Positions 20,840-31,900 of a DNA stretch of 64,000 nt are shown here, piece after piece. Positions within the stretch are counted from its first letter, which is position 1. Each line of letters starts with the position of its first letter. The notes beneath the pieces were generated by a model. The model worked only from the letters and a program-made list of their open reading frames with translations. It was not told the origin of the DNA and did not search any database. The position numbers and the translations under genes are program-made. This stretch comes from an uncultured delta proteobacterium (GTDB taxonomy: Bacteria; Desulfobacterota; WTBG01): assembly GCA_963793865.1 (NCBI GenBank), contig CAWCBP010000008.1, positions 384,001 through 448,000 of the forward strand. The letters run 5' to 3'.

Positions 20840-21112
20840 ATGACCAAAGCAGGATTAGTTGCTCGGATGGCAAAGGATGCCAAAATAAGCAAGGCGGCAG
20901 CCAACAAGGCGCTCGGCGGCGCGATCGATGAAATCACCAAGACGCTCAAGAAAGGCCAGAGCGTTACGCTCATCGGGTTCGGGACCTTTTCGGTTGCCAA
21001 AAGAAAGGCCCGCAAAGGCAGAAATCCCCAGACCGGAAAAGTGATCACCATCGCGGCGCGGCGGGTTCCCAAGTTCAAGGCGGGTGCCGGGCTGAAGAAG
21101 GCGGTAAAGTAG
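20840..21112 (+). CDS. hup: Histone-like DNA-binding protein HU
   Basis: GFGTF, ARKGRNPQTG and PKFKAG; 90 aa. Confidence 0.97.
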   Translation: MTKAGLVARMAKDAKISKAAANKALGGAIDEITKTLKKGQSVTLIGFGTFSVAKRKARKGRNPQTGKVITIAARRVPKFKAGAGLKKAVK

Positions 21113-21168
21113 ATCCGGTTGTAAGGGACATGTGTTTTAGATTGACTGCGTTGAACGCTGATAATTGA

Positions 21169-21208
21169 AACAACCCTGATAGTTTTGCTATCAGGGTTGT
21201 TCTGTTTT
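21169..21208 (+). terminator. Intrinsic terminator after hup
   Basis: 14-bp stem aacaaccctgatag/ctatcagggttgtt followed by ctgtttt. Confidence 0.7.
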
Positions 21209-21227
21209 GGACCAATGCTTCCATCGG

Positions 21228-21296
21228 ATCATCCTGCGACTTGGTCGCGGGATCCAATAAAATGAGTTACTGGATTCTGCGGTGACCGCAGGATAA
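21228..21296. repeat. GTCA-family REP doublet
   Basis: tcatcctgcgacttggtcgcgggatcc...ggattctgcggtgaccgcagga; related copies at 25478, 32653 and 56008. Confidence 0.8.
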
Positions 21297-21443
21297 GTCC
21301 GGAGTAAACATTTCGCGTTCTCTATTGGTCAGTTATCAAACCGGGACAGAGCGTCCTCTAACAACAACCCCGCATGGTTAGCGGGGTGTGTCAATTTTGC
21401 TCTTGCGATGCGACCACAAATCTGTCATGAGCGATTGGTGTAT

Positions 21444-23243
21444 TCAGCTGCTCAGAGCTGATCGGCGTGAGGGGCGGGACTCCATTTCCCGGGGCAGGGG
21501 CGAATCATTGTCGCTGGAAATGAGATTGGTGATGTTGGTGAATGCCCCGTTGGCAATCTGGCTGAAATTGCGCATCTCTATCTGGTTTCTCTTCTTGAAC
21601 AGCCTGCTGAGATTCTTCATCACCAGCAGGTTGGCCGCTTTGGGCGAAAGATACTCCACCCCCTTGAAGTCGATCACGATTTTTCGCTGCCCCTTGTTGA
21701 GAAAGGAGCTGAGCCGCTTGAACAGCTTTTTGGCAGCACTCAGATCAAGAGAGCCTTCCAGCTTGATGAAAAGTGTTCGAAATCGTTCATTGTGCGTGGC
21801 CTTGACCTTGAGCAGCCTGCCGGCGCTCTTGAGCATCTGCTGGCTCTTTGCGAAGGTGGCGTCCACAAAGGTGGGGACAAGATTCTTTTTGTCCTTGATG
21901 GGGATGGAGGTATTTAATTTGCCGAGCACTCTGGACATGATGGGTATCCTGCCCTTCGGGGCCCGCATCACCATTCTGCGGAAGGCTACATTGCTCACCA
22001 GCTCGGGAACAACCCTTTTCGTGGGAGGCATCAGAATGCGTTTGGCGATGGACGCATAGGAATAGATTTCCTGGAACGCCCAGCTGTAGCCGTTGAACAG
22101 GGTTTCTTCGGATATGAGCTTAGGCTTGAACACCACGTTTGAACCATTGTACCGCGACCAGTCCTTGTGCAATATGCGTCCATCCTCGTCCATCCGCTTA
22201 TAGAGACGGGTCCCGGGGACGGGGGTGAGGATGAAAAAGATGGGGAGGTCTATTTTATTCTTTTCACAGAATCGCACCGTGCGCTCAAAAACCGCATCAT
22301 CATCGTGGTCAAAGCCGAAGATAAAGCTCCCCACGATCATGATGCCGTGATCGCGGATTTTTTTAATGGCATCCTCGTAGCGCGAGACGTTGTTGATGGA
22401 TTTATTCATGGCGGCAAGGTTGTCCTGGGTAAGAGACTCGATGCCCACGAACAGTGCATAGCAGCCGCTTGCGGCGGCCAGTTTCAGGAGCTCGGTATCC
22501 TTGGCCATGGTCAGGCTGCCCTGGCTGGTCCATATCCTCTTGAGCGGGGCCAGCTTTTGAAACAGCTCCTTGGCGTAAGCAGGCCTGCCCATGATATTGT
22601 CATCGACAAAGGTGAAGTACCCCCCCGACGGGAGCTGCCTGACTTCCTCGATGACCTCGTCCACCGGCCGGTAGCGATAGGTGTCTCCGAAAAATTGGGC
22701 GACCGAGCAGAAGTCGCAGCTGAAAGGACAGCCGCGGGTGGCCTGAACGCAGTTGACGGTCCAGTAATGCTCCTTTTTGAGCAGGTCCAGGCGGGGATGC
22801 GGCTGCGACTGCAAGGTGCAAAAGCCGCTGCTCCGGTAAAATGGCTGCAGGCGCCCCCGCTGAAAATCTTCCAGCAACCCCTTCCATACCCCTTCCGCCT
22901 CTCCGATAACCACTGCATCAACATGCTGCTTGGCTTCCTCAGGGAGGCTCGAGGCGTGGAGTCCGCCCATGACCACGGGGATGTTGCGCTCCCGGAAGCG
23001 GTCGGCAATCTCATAGGCCCGGATGGCGTGCATGGTCATCGCGGTCAGACCCACTAGGTCCACATCCTCGTTGAAATTGATCTCCTCGACATTCTCGTCG
23101 GTGATGGCTACTTCAATCTCCGGTGGGGTCAGTGCGGCGATGGTGGTCAGGCTGAGTCGGGCAAACCAGTAGGACTTGATGTCCTTGTTGGTCTGCATCA
23201 GCAGGTTGTCCTTGGGGGCGGGGTCTATAAGTCGGATCTTCAA
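21444..23243 (-). CDS. B12-binding radical SAM protein with C-terminal STAS-like domain
   Basis: VVMGGLHAS and GEAE (B12 domain), RGCPFSCDFC and FVDDN; C-terminal IKLEGSLD...IVIDFKGVEYLS. TTG start with RBS AAGGAG. Confidence 0.85.
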   Translation of the reverse strand: MKIRLIDPAPKDNLLMQTNKDIKSYWFARLSLTTIAALTPPEIEVAITDENVEEINFNEDVDLVGLTAMTMHAIRAYEIADRFRERNIPVVMGGLHASSLPEEAKQHVDAVVIGEAEGVWKGLLEDFQRGRLQPFYRSSGFCTLQSQPHPRLDLLKKEHYWTVNCVQATRGCPFSCDFCSVAQFFGDTYRYRPVDEVIEEVRQLPSGGYFTFVDDNIMGRPAYAKELFQKLAPLKRIWTSQGSLTMAKDTELLKLAAASGCYALFVGIESLTQDNLAAMNKSINNVSRYEDAIKKIRDHGIMIVGSFIFGFDHDDDAVFERTVRFCEKNKIDLPIFFILTPVPGTRLYKRMDEDGRILHKDWSRYNGSNVVFKPKLISEETLFNGYSWAFQEIYSYASIAKRILMPPTKRVVPELVSNVAFRRMVMRAPKGRIPIMSRVLGKLNTSIPIKDKKNLVPTFVDATFAKSQQMLKSAGRLLKVKATHNERFRTLFIKLEGSLDLSAAKKLFKRLSSFLNKGQRKIVIDFKGVEYLSPKAANLLVMKNLSRLFKKRNQIEMRNFSQIANGAFTNITNLISSDNDSPLPREMESRPSRRSALSS

Positions 23244-23368
23244 GATGTCTTCTCCTTGTGGTGCGCGGGCACGGTTATGACAGAAAATGAACTTTTACGG
23301 TGCGATCGTCTATGCGCGTGCAATCAGGTATAACATGCGGTATGCGGATCGTCAACCGGCAACGAATG

Positions 23369-24025
23369 TTATTCGAGGGTTATGGTTACCTCGTGCGGAC
23401 TTTCACTTTCGCTGAGAGCGATAATGGTGCTCCCGTCGAGGAGCTGCTGGTCGGTGAGGGAAGCGCTCATGAAGTCATGAATCTGCTGTTTTCGCACGAC
23501 AAGGATCATCTCTTCATAGGTGGCATAACGATACTTGTCTTTTATTTTCTTTTGCACGCCCCAGCGCGTGCTGATCATGATTCCCGCCACATCCGTGTCC
23601 TCAAGCAGCGCCGTTTCCGAAGCCGCGATGGAGAGCAGCGGCCTGCTGTATGCGGCAAAGACGGCAGCGGCCCGTTTTGCAAAAGTGGTTTTGTCGTCGT
23701 TAAACGAGGCGGAACACTTGGTGTTGATGGAAAGGTATGTGTCATACCTGTTCTTGAGCTGGAACTTGCGAAAGCAAATGCCGGATATGAGGAAAAACTC
23801 CAGCTTGGATGAGCTGAAGCGGTCCCTGATCCCGTTATAAATGGCGTTCAAACTGCTCCGGTGCTTGAGGACCAGCAGCCTGTCCTCCTGTGATTCATAC
23901 ATCTCGGGAGCCGCAATGACGGATTCACCCGCCAGCGGTTTGTGCCGGTGATATGCCTGACAGGATGTGCCGGCGATGAGCACCACCGCCGCGGCAGCCT
24001 GAAGAATGCGACGCTTCCGGAACAT
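23369..24025 (-). CDS. Hypothetical exported protein or lipoprotein
   Basis: Basic N-terminus, hydrophobic stretch and AGTSC; RBS GAGG. Confidence 0.7.
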   Translation of the reverse strand: MFRKRRILQAAAAVVLIAGTSCQAYHRHKPLAGESVIAAPEMYESQEDRLLVLKHRSSLNAIYNGIRDRFSSSKLEFFLISGICFRKFQLKNRYDTYLSINTKCSASFNDDKTTFAKRAAAVFAAYSRPLLSIAASETALLEDTDVAGIMISTRWGVQKKIKDKYRYATYEEMILVVRKQQIHDFMSASLTDQQLLDGSTIIALSESESPHEVTITLE

Positions 24026-24100
24026 CTGCTTTCACCGCCTCACGGTTAAAGTTCCGCGCTGCCTGCTGATGAGCTTTGCGAGGAGCAGCTGCCGGGCAGG

Positions 24101-24310
24101 TTATACCTGCTCTGCCTGATCATACCCGCCGCTCTCGTCCTGGGCGGGTTCCTTCTGCTTGCGGGAGGGCAGCTGCGCTGCCAGGAGGTGGGTATCTACA
24201 AATTCCGAGAACTCGAGCAGGTCGGGCAGCTGCTTTGACAGTTCCTGCTCATACTGCCTTCGTTCGTCTTCCTGCATTCGGCCGAGAATTCTCTTGTCAA
24301 GTACCTTCAT
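24101..24310 (-). CDS. Small acidic hypothetical protein
   Basis: RBS GGAGG before ATG 24310; co-oriented with neighbours. Confidence 0.55.
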   Translation of the reverse strand: MKVLDKRILGRMQEDERRQYEQELSKQLPDLLEFSEFVDTHLLAAQLPSRKQKEPAQDESGGYDQAEQV

Positions 24311-24348
24311 GGAAACCTCCGTCATACCCTGACCATAACTGGGGATGT

Positions 24349-24648
24349 TCATTGAGCGTCTGTCGCAGGCGGTGCATCCGGCGCGAGCACTCTGATGCCG
24401 TCAATGGATACGGGAATGTCAGGACACAGCTTATGCATGATGCTGATGATGTTTCGGCAGATGTCCTCCATTGCCCTGTATCCCATGCCCTGCTCAACGA
24501 ATTTCCCTATGTATTTGTCCTGGTCAACAGTGATGATCTGCAAAAAATCCGGATTGTTGTCCTGGAAATAAAAGCGGTTGAGCGGATTGGACCTGTCAAG
24601 CCCTTCCTGAAGCTTTGCATTTATCCTGATCCCGAGAAACGGTTTCAA
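24349..24648 (-). CDS. Hypothetical protein
   Basis: 99-aa ORF with TTG start, upstream GAGGA and globular composition. Confidence 0.6.
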   Translation of the reverse strand: MKPFLGIRINAKLQEGLDRSNPLNRFYFQDNNPDFLQIITVDQDKYIGKFVEQGMGYRAMEDICRNIISIMHKLCPDIPVSIDGIRVLAPDAPPATDAQ

Positions 24649-24848
24649 ACCTTCAAAGTCCTCTCACCGGTGCGGCTGATTGATACAAAGTGCGAATGCA
24701 CTCTAACAGATTTTGCCCAAAAGTAAAGGGCTTTTTGGGGCAGCAGGCGGAGCGGGGCTCACGCGGCTTTGCTGACATCACCTGGCACGCATGCGCAAGG
24801 GGGGGGTAACCGGGTGCTTATAGGGCCTCAGTGCCGGGAGACGGTGTG

Positions 24849-25361
24849 TCATTCACCCTCCCCGGGCACTGGGGGAGGGGTGACATCCTCTCCGCCGCTC
24901 TCGGGAGCGGGTACGCCGTCATCTTCGGGTATCACGGGAGACAGGTCCCTGTCCTCCGCCGGCACTGATGTTTCAGGCTGCTCATAATACGCTTCATACG
25001 AAGAGGTGATGAAGGTCGGATAAATAAGGCACGAATCATAAACCGGCACGGGGAAGGTAATGAGGTCGTAGGCGCCCACCACCAGGCGCCATAACCCGAT
25101 GCCAATGCCGGTAAACAGGCCTTCAATGGCACCCGCGGCCGTTTCAACTCCGTAGCGCGAATTTTCATCGGCGTGATCTGCCAGGATGTACATCTGATTG
25201 GGCACCTCAAGCGGCGACGTGACCACGTTCACCGCGCCCCGGGCAAATTTCAAAAACGGTTTGGTCAGCAAAGGCCTTTCGGCCTGATCCCCGGCGGCCG
25301 CCGTGAGCGGAGCGGCGAAACACAACAGAATGGAAAGTGCAAAGGGTATCCATGACTTCAT
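24849..25361 (-). CDS. Exosortase-system-associated-like protein (TIGR04073-like)
   Basis: Signal peptide, KFARGAVNVVTSPLEVP, GAYDLITFPVP and acidic Pro-rich tail; RBS AGGAGA. Confidence 0.7.
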   Translation of the reverse strand: MKSWIPFALSILLCFAAPLTAAAGDQAERPLLTKPFLKFARGAVNVVTSPLEVPNQMYILADHADENSRYGVETAAGAIEGLFTGIGIGLWRLVVGAYDLITFPVPVYDSCLIYPTFITSSYEAYYEQPETSVPAEDRDLSPVIPEDDGVPAPESGGEDVTPPPVPGEGE

Positions 25362-25477
25362 GGCCGTATCTCCTGTTTGAATGATGCGCGCAGGTATTGG
25401 CGTGCCTGCGGGTTTGTTTATACCAGTATAGTGAGCAAGAAACAAGCAAAATGTGAGTTGCGTGCAGCCAAAGGTGT

Positions 25478-25887
25478 TTCATTCTGCGGCTCGACCGCAG
25501 AATCCAGTTTTACGATTCTGTTTGGATCCTGCGATCACGTCGCAGGATGACTTGTAATGGAGGGCCATGCTCCGTCATGGCCTTTATAAAAACGGATGCG
25601 ACGGAGAGCGTCCCTCCACATGAATCATTCCGGAGGCACGTCCCTTTGGTAGGAGCGGCTTTAGCCGCGATCCAATGCTTATCTCACTGTAGGGGCGACC
25701 GGCCGGTCGCCCCTACAAAAGGGATCGAAAAATAGTTGAAGCAAGAGTTCTGCAGCAGCAGCTACTTAGGTGTTGACTAAAGAGTGCTTATACATTAAGA
25801 TTTTAGCGCATTTATAAATTTATCAGCGAGCACCCCTGTAGGAGCGCATTCATGCGCGCTGCATTCGCGGCTTAAAGCCGATCCTGC
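25478..25887. repeat. Stack of five REP elements from four families
   Basis: GTCA doublet 25478-25551, TGGAG doublet 25558-25618, GTAGGAGCG half 25649-25671, GTAGGGGCG palindrome 25689-25716 and GTAGGAGCG doublet 25838-25887. Confidence 0.85.
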
Positions 25888-25963
25888 CGGCCTGAAAGCA
25901 ATGCGCAGATTTTCCTGCATGAGCATCTAATGTTATTTCCACTGTATCCGACAAGACGTAATC

Positions 25964-28249
25964 ATGGCTGCATCAGATAAAAAACCAAGAGTAAAAAAAG
26001 AAGTCGTGGCTGTCTGCTGCCTTTTTCTGGCAGTTTTTATCGTCTGCTGCCTTCTTTCCTACCATTCCGCGGACAGCTCCTTCAACACGGCCTATTCTTC
26101 TCCGGCGGGCAGGGTACACAACTGGGGCGGGCTGGCGGGTTCATATCTGGCGGACGCGCTCTTTCAGCTCATGGGCCTGACCGCCTTTCTGATCCCGCTG
26201 ATCCTGCTCGGGCTGTCATTGAAGATGCTCTTTTTTGCGGGCGCACCGGTTCGCTACACGACGGTGCTGAGCCTGATCCTGCTGACGGTTTCCTTCTCGG
26301 CGCTGCTCAGCCTCACCGTGGCCGACGCGGGTATTCGCCTGGCATCATTCAGGTATGAGCTCAACGGGGGCGGACTGGCGGGCAAGCAGCTGACAAACCT
26401 TTCGCATGCCTATCTGAATACCGTGGGAAGCATGCTGGTCTTTTCCCTGGCGGGCCTGGTTTCCCTGATCATTCTCTTCAATCTGACCATGCACGGCATG
26501 TCCGATGCTTTGAGCCGCATCCTGGGAAGGGTAACGCACGGTTCACGTCTGATAAAAAAAATCACCGGCGGTCTTGGGAATGCCCTTGCGGGAGCACGGG
26601 TTCGTTCTCAGGCAGTCATTGCATATTGCAGGACGCTCACGGCGAAGTGGGAGAGGAAGCAGGTCATCGCCGATGAAGTTGAGCCTCCTCCTGTAGCGCT
26701 GCAGCCGCCTCCTCCCGGGGAGCACGAACGGGAGACACGGCAGCGGAAAAGATCCGTCCCGGTTGAAGAGAAGCCCCGGGTCAGAGTGACATGTTCCTCT
26801 GACTATCAGATTCCGCCCTTTTCGCTTTTGGACAGCGTTTCCCAGAAATCGACCAAGGCGGGCAAGGATGCATTGCGGGATAATTCGCGGACCCTGGAGA
26901 ACAAGCTGGCGGATTTCGGGATCGTGGGCAAGGTGGTGGAGGTGAACCCGGGGCCGGTGATCACCCGCTATGAGCTTGAGCCGGCATCCGGCGTGCGCAT
27001 CAGCAAGATTCTCAACCTGGCCGATGATCTGGCCCTGGCCCTCAAGGCGGTCGGCGTCCGCATCCTGGCCCCGGTTCCCGGCAAGGCGGTGGTGGGCATA
27101 GAAATACCCAATACCATGCGGGAAACGGTTTATTTCAGGGAGATTGTGGGCCGGGAGGAGTTTGCCCACTCCCGGTCAAAGCTGACCCTGGCCCTGGGAA
27201 AGGATATCGCCGGCAAGGCCATCATCGGCGACCTTGCCAAAATGCCCCACCTGCTCATCGCCGGCTCGACCGGCTCGGGCAAGAGCGTTCTCCTGAACGC
27301 GCTCATCTGCAGCATCCTGTACAAGGCCGCCCCGTCCGAGGTAAAGTTTCTGCTCATTGATCCCAAGCGCCTGGAGCTTTCCTTCTATGAGGACATCCCC
27401 CACCTGCTCTACCCGGTGGTGACCGATCCCAAGAAGGCCTCCCTGGTGCTGCAGTGGACCGTGGGTGAAATGGAGCGGCGCTACGGGATGCTGGCCGACA
27501 TGGGGGTGCGGGACATAGATGGATACAACCAGAAAGTAGAGGCCGAGATGCAGTCGGCGCAGGGCGGCCGCGGCAAAAAGTCGGACCCGGACAGCGGGGC
27601 TGAATGGGAGACGCTGCCCTACATACTGGTGGTGATCGATGAACTGGCTGACCTGATGATGGTGTCGTCCCGCGAGGTTGAAACCTCCATAACCAGGCTG
27701 GCGCAGATGGCCAGGGCGGCCGGGATCCATCTGCTGGTTGCCACCCAGCGGCCGTCGGTTGACGTTTTGACCGGCACCATCAAGGTGAATTTCCCCGCGC
27801 GCATTTCCTTCCAGGTTTCATCCAAGGTTGATTCCCGCACCATACTCGACACCATGGGGGCCGAGCGTCTGCTGGGGATGGGCGACATGCTCTTCCTGCG
27901 GCCCGGCACCTCAACGCTGGAGCGGGTCCACGGCTGTTACCTTTCCGAAGTGGAGATCAGAAGGATCACCGCCTTCTTGAGAAAGCAGGCGGAGCCGGTC
28001 TACAACCAGAGTATAACGGAAATGAAGCAGGATGATGCCGCCGGGGAAGAGGATGACTATGACGAGTGCTATGATCAGGCGGTTGCCCTGGTGGCCCAGG
28101 AACGCAAGGCATCCATCTCAATGATCCAGAGAAGGCTGCGCATCGGGTATAACCGGGCGGCACGCATCATGGACCGCATGGAGCGCGAGCGGGTGGTCGG
28201 TCCCAGCGATGGGGTTAAACCCCGAGATATACTGGTCAAGAGGCTTTGA
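25964..28249 (+). CDS. ftsK: DNA translocase FtsK
   Basis: 4TM N-terminus (NWGG..G), PHLLIAGSTGSGKS, IDELADLM, ATQRPS and gamma domain QRRLRIGYNRAAR. Confidence 0.97.
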   Translation: MAASDKKPRVKKEVVAVCCLFLAVFIVCCLLSYHSADSSFNTAYSSPAGRVHNWGGLAGSYLADALFQLMGLTAFLIPLILLGLSLKMLFFAGAPVRYTTVLSLILLTVSFSALLSLTVADAGIRLASFRYELNGGGLAGKQLTNLSHAYLNTVGSMLVFSLAGLVSLIILFNLTMHGMSDALSRILGRVTHGSRLIKKITGGLGNALAGARVRSQAVIAYCRTLTAKWERKQVIADEVEPPPVALQPPPPGEHERETRQRKRSVPVEEKPRVRVTCSSDYQIPPFSLLDSVSQKSTKAGKDALRDNSRTLENKLADFGIVGKVVEVNPGPVITRYELEPASGVRISKILNLADDLALALKAVGVRILAPVPGKAVVGIEIPNTMRETVYFREIVGREEFAHSRSKLTLALGKDIAGKAIIGDLAKMPHLLIAGSTGSGKSVLLNALICSILYKAAPSEVKFLLIDPKRLELSFYEDIPHLLYPVVTDPKKASLVLQWTVGEMERRYGMLADMGVRDIDGYNQKVEAEMQSAQGGRGKKSDPDSGAEWETLPYILVVIDELADLMMVSSREVETSITRLAQMARAAGIHLLVATQRPSVDVLTGTIKVNFPARISFQVSSKVDSRTILDTMGAERLLGMGDMLFLRPGTSTLERVHGCYLSEVEIRRITAFLRKQAEPVYNQSITEMKQDDAAGEEDDYDECYDQAVALVAQERKASISMIQRRLRIGYNRAARIMDRMERERVVGPSDGVKPRDILVKRL

Positions 28250-28250
28250 T

Positions 28251-28964
28251 ATGATGCAGTTCATGAGCATGAGACGATGGAGCAGTTGGGTGATGGCGGG
28301 TGCGGTCGCGGTGTGCCTGCTTGCCGGGACTTCCCGGGGTGACGATACCGAGGCCCTGGCAAAGCGTATTCAAACGTCCTATGACGCCATCAGGGATTTC
28401 AAGGCGCACTTTGTTCAGGAATCTTCCATCAAGTCCTGGAATGCCGAGCAGGTGCAGAAAGCCGAAGGCATGGTGTATTTGAAAAAGGGCGGCAGGATGT
28501 TCTGGGACTACCAGGCCCCCGACCCCCAGCAGATTATCAGTGACGGCAGGAAGCTCTGGTTCTATGAGCCCGAGGAGAAGCAGGTCATGGTCACCACCGT
28601 CGGCGAAGGCCTGCAGTCGCAGGTGTCCGCCGATCTCCTCAACGGGAAGGCGCAGCTGATGAGGGATTTTACCATCAGGGATATTACCGCTCAGGCCGAC
28701 CGCGACGCGAATTCCTGTGCGCTGGAGCTGATCCCCAGGGCTCCCCAGCCGAACCTGAGTAAAATTATTCTCAGGGCCGACCGGACCACCTTCCAGATCA
28801 GGCAAACCGAGGTCTATGACCTTTTTGATAACATTACCCGGATCACCTTTTCCCGGGTTGAAGTCGACACGCTGCTGTCTGACGCACTGTTTACCTTTAT
28901 TCCTCCGCCGGGGGTTGAAAGCGTTGCCCCGCCCGCTTTGCCGCTGCCTGACCGGAAACCGTAA
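28251..28964 (+). CDS. lolA: Outer-membrane lipoprotein carrier LolA
   Basis: A.F.Q, G..Y.KK.GRM.WDY..P..Q.IISDG..LW.Y and F.F.PP.G; follows ftsK. Confidence 0.88.
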   Translation: MMQFMSMRRWSSWVMAGAVAVCLLAGTSRGDDTEALAKRIQTSYDAIRDFKAHFVQESSIKSWNAEQVQKAEGMVYLKKGGRMFWDYQAPDPQQIISDGRKLWFYEPEEKQVMVTTVGEGLQSQVSADLLNGKAQLMRDFTIRDITAQADRDANSCALELIPRAPQPNLSKIILRADRTTFQIRQTEVYDLFDNITRITFSRVEVDTLLSDALFTFIPPPGVESVAPPALPLPDRKP

Positions 28965-28981
28965 GATTAAAACTCGTTGAC

Positions 28982-31900
28982 ATGGCACTGCCTCAAACAA
29001 CTCGTGCCGGTAAAGCTGACCCGGCTTCACTGGTAAGCCCCATATCCGGACCGCTCCGTGCGGGCGTTGAACGCGTAACCCTGACCGGCCTCAAGGGCTC
29101 CTCCGCGTCGTTCCTGCTGTCAGCCTTGTGGCGTGAGAAGCCCCGGCAGCTGCTGATCATTACCCCTACCCTCGAAGAGGCGGAAGACTACTGCCGGGAG
29201 CTGCTTTTTTTCCTCAACGACCCTGACCGGCCCAAGCAGGAGGAAAAGCAGGTGGTGCTTTACCCGCCTGACGGGGAATTCCCCTTCACCGTGTGCACCC
29301 GGAACCCTGAACAGAAAAGCGGGCAGGTGGAAATTCTGCACCGACTGTTGCGCGGCGGGGACCCCTTCATCATGGTTGCCCCCGCGGCCGCGGTGGTGCG
29401 AAAAACCATCCCGCGGACCGTGCTGGAGCGCTACGCGCGCCGCCTTCGGGTCGGGGAGGAAATAGACCGGGAAGCGCTTGCCTTCCTGCTGGTGAAGGGC
29501 GGGTACCTCAAGGTGGGAGTCGTTGAGGACCGCGGCGATTTCAGCATCCGGGGCGGCATTATCGATGTCTTTCCCCCGGGATGTGCTTATCCGCTCCGGG
29601 TGGAATTGTTCGGGGACTGCATCGAATCCATTCGCTGCTTCGATGCGGCAACCCAGCGGTCCCGCGGCGAGCTGACTGCCGCCTGGATTGCACCGGTGTC
29701 TGATACCATCCTCGAAGAGGATGGGCTGGATGAAATCGTTGAGCGCATGAAAGGCAGCGCCGGAGAGCCGCTGCAGGTGACCGGGAAATGGGAGGAGCTG
29801 GCCGCGTCCCTGGTTCGTTTTCAGGCGCACGCCGAGCTTGAGCGTTTCCTTCCCTTCATCTACCCGCAGCCGGAGACGCTGCTTGACTACCTTTCCGCCC
29901 AATGCGCTGTTTTCCTCCACGACCACGAAGTCATACGGGGCGAGCTTCATAATTATCGGGCGGAGGCCGGGGAGCAGCACGCAAAGTGCCTGCAGCAGGG
30001 ACACCCGGCACCGCCGGTCAGCGGGTTTTACCTCTCCCCGGAAGAGCTGGATGAAGGGCTGCAGTATTTTCAGACGCTCTCGCTGGACACCCTGGGCGGC
30101 GCCCGGCCTGAGGGAACGGCGGTGTCCTACCTCACCTCTTCCAATGAGGATATCCGCCGGGAACTGCTTGAGACCACTTCCAGCCAGGGCATGCTCTCCC
30201 CCCTGGTGGGCAGGCTGCGGGAGTGGGAGGAGGAAGGGTACTGCATTCTGGTTATCTGCCATGCCCTGAGCGAGGCCCATAAGCTCATGGCGCTGCTTGA
30301 GGAGTATGGCATTGCTGCCGGCCTGAGCGAGCGCGAAGGGTTTGATTACCGTGGCGATCTGTCCGTTATCCACCGCAGGTGGATCCAGATAAGCAGCTTC
30401 ACCCGAGGCTTTCGCTTTCCCCAGGCGCGCCTGATTGTCATCACCGAGGAGGAGATCTTCGGTGAGAAAAAGCGGCGGCCGGCGCCGCCCCGCCTGAAAA
30501 GCAGCTATTTTATTTCTGACTTCGGGGAGCTTGAAGCCGGCGATTGCGTAGTGCACGTTGATCACGGGGTGGGAATCTACCGGGGCTTGAAGCAGTTGGA
30601 GGTCGGCGGCGGGCGCAGCGACTATCTCCTGATCGAATACCAGGGAAATGACAGGCTCTACCTGCCCATCGACCGGGTCAAGCTGGTGCAGAAGTTCCGC
30701 GGAGCGGACGGTGCGCACCCCCCTATTGACCGTCTGGGCGGGACATCATGGAAGAGGACGAAAAGCAGGGTCAAGAATTCACTCATGGCCATGGCCAAGG
30801 ATCTGCTGGACATTTACGCCTCGCGCAAGCTGCTCCAGGGACACTCCTTCTCATCCCCCGACCATTATTACCGCGAGTTCGAAGCCACCTTTCCCTACGA
30901 GGAGACGCCGGACCAGCTTGCTGCCATTGAGGATGTCATGAGGGACATGAATGACCCGAAACCCATGGACCGGCTCATCTGCGGAGATGTCGGCTACGGC
31001 AAGACCGAAGTGGCGGTGCGCTCCTCGTTCAGGGCGGCCATGGATGGAAAGCAGGTTGCCTTTTTAGTGCCCACCACCATTTTAGCGCAGCAGCACTACC
31101 AGACCATATCCGGGCGGCTCAAGCCCTACCCCATCCGGGTGGAAATGCTGAGCCGCTTCAGGAGTCCAGCGGAGCAGAAGGAAATTATAAAGGGGCTTGC
31201 GGACGGGTCCATCGACATCATTGTGGGCACGCACCGCCTCATCCAGAAGGACGTGCACTTCAAGGACCTGGGCCTGGTGATTATTGACGAGGAGCAGCGC
31301 TTCGGCGTCGCCCACAAGGAGCGCATGAAGAGGATGAGAAAAACGGTGGATGTGCTCACCCTCACGGCCACGCCCATACCCCGCACGCTGCACATGTCCA
31401 TGGTCGGCGTTCGGGATATGAGCGTGATCGACACCCCCCCCGAAGACCGGCTGGCCATCAGAACCTTCATTACCCGGTTTGACGGAGGGGTCATACGCGA
31501 GGCGATCACCCGTGAGCTGAGCCGGGGCGGGCAGGTATTTTTTGTGCATGACCGGGTAAGGACCATTCCCGCGATGGCACGGTATCTCTCCGGGCTCATT
31601 CCCGAGGCAAAGCTGGGCGTGGCCCACGGACAGATGTCCGAACGGCAGCTGGAGAAGGTCATGCTCGCTTTTATCAACCGCGAGGTCAACCTGCTGCTAT
31701 GCACCACCATTATTGAGTCGGGCCTGGACTTTCCGGCAGCCAACACCATGATCGTCAACCGTGCCGACCGCCTGGGCCTGGCCCAGCTCTATCAGCTGCG
31801 GGGCAGGGTGGGAAGGTCAAAATTCCGCGCCTACTGCTACCTGCTGACGCCCCGGCGAGGAGGCGCTTTCCCGGGATGCCCGCGAGCGGCTGCAGGCCAT

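Noticed and set aside
31850..31853. Programmed ribosomal frameshift in mfd or bioC
   Set aside because: No slippery heptamer or stimulatory structure was seen, and similar indels recur across the window, so assembly error is more likely.
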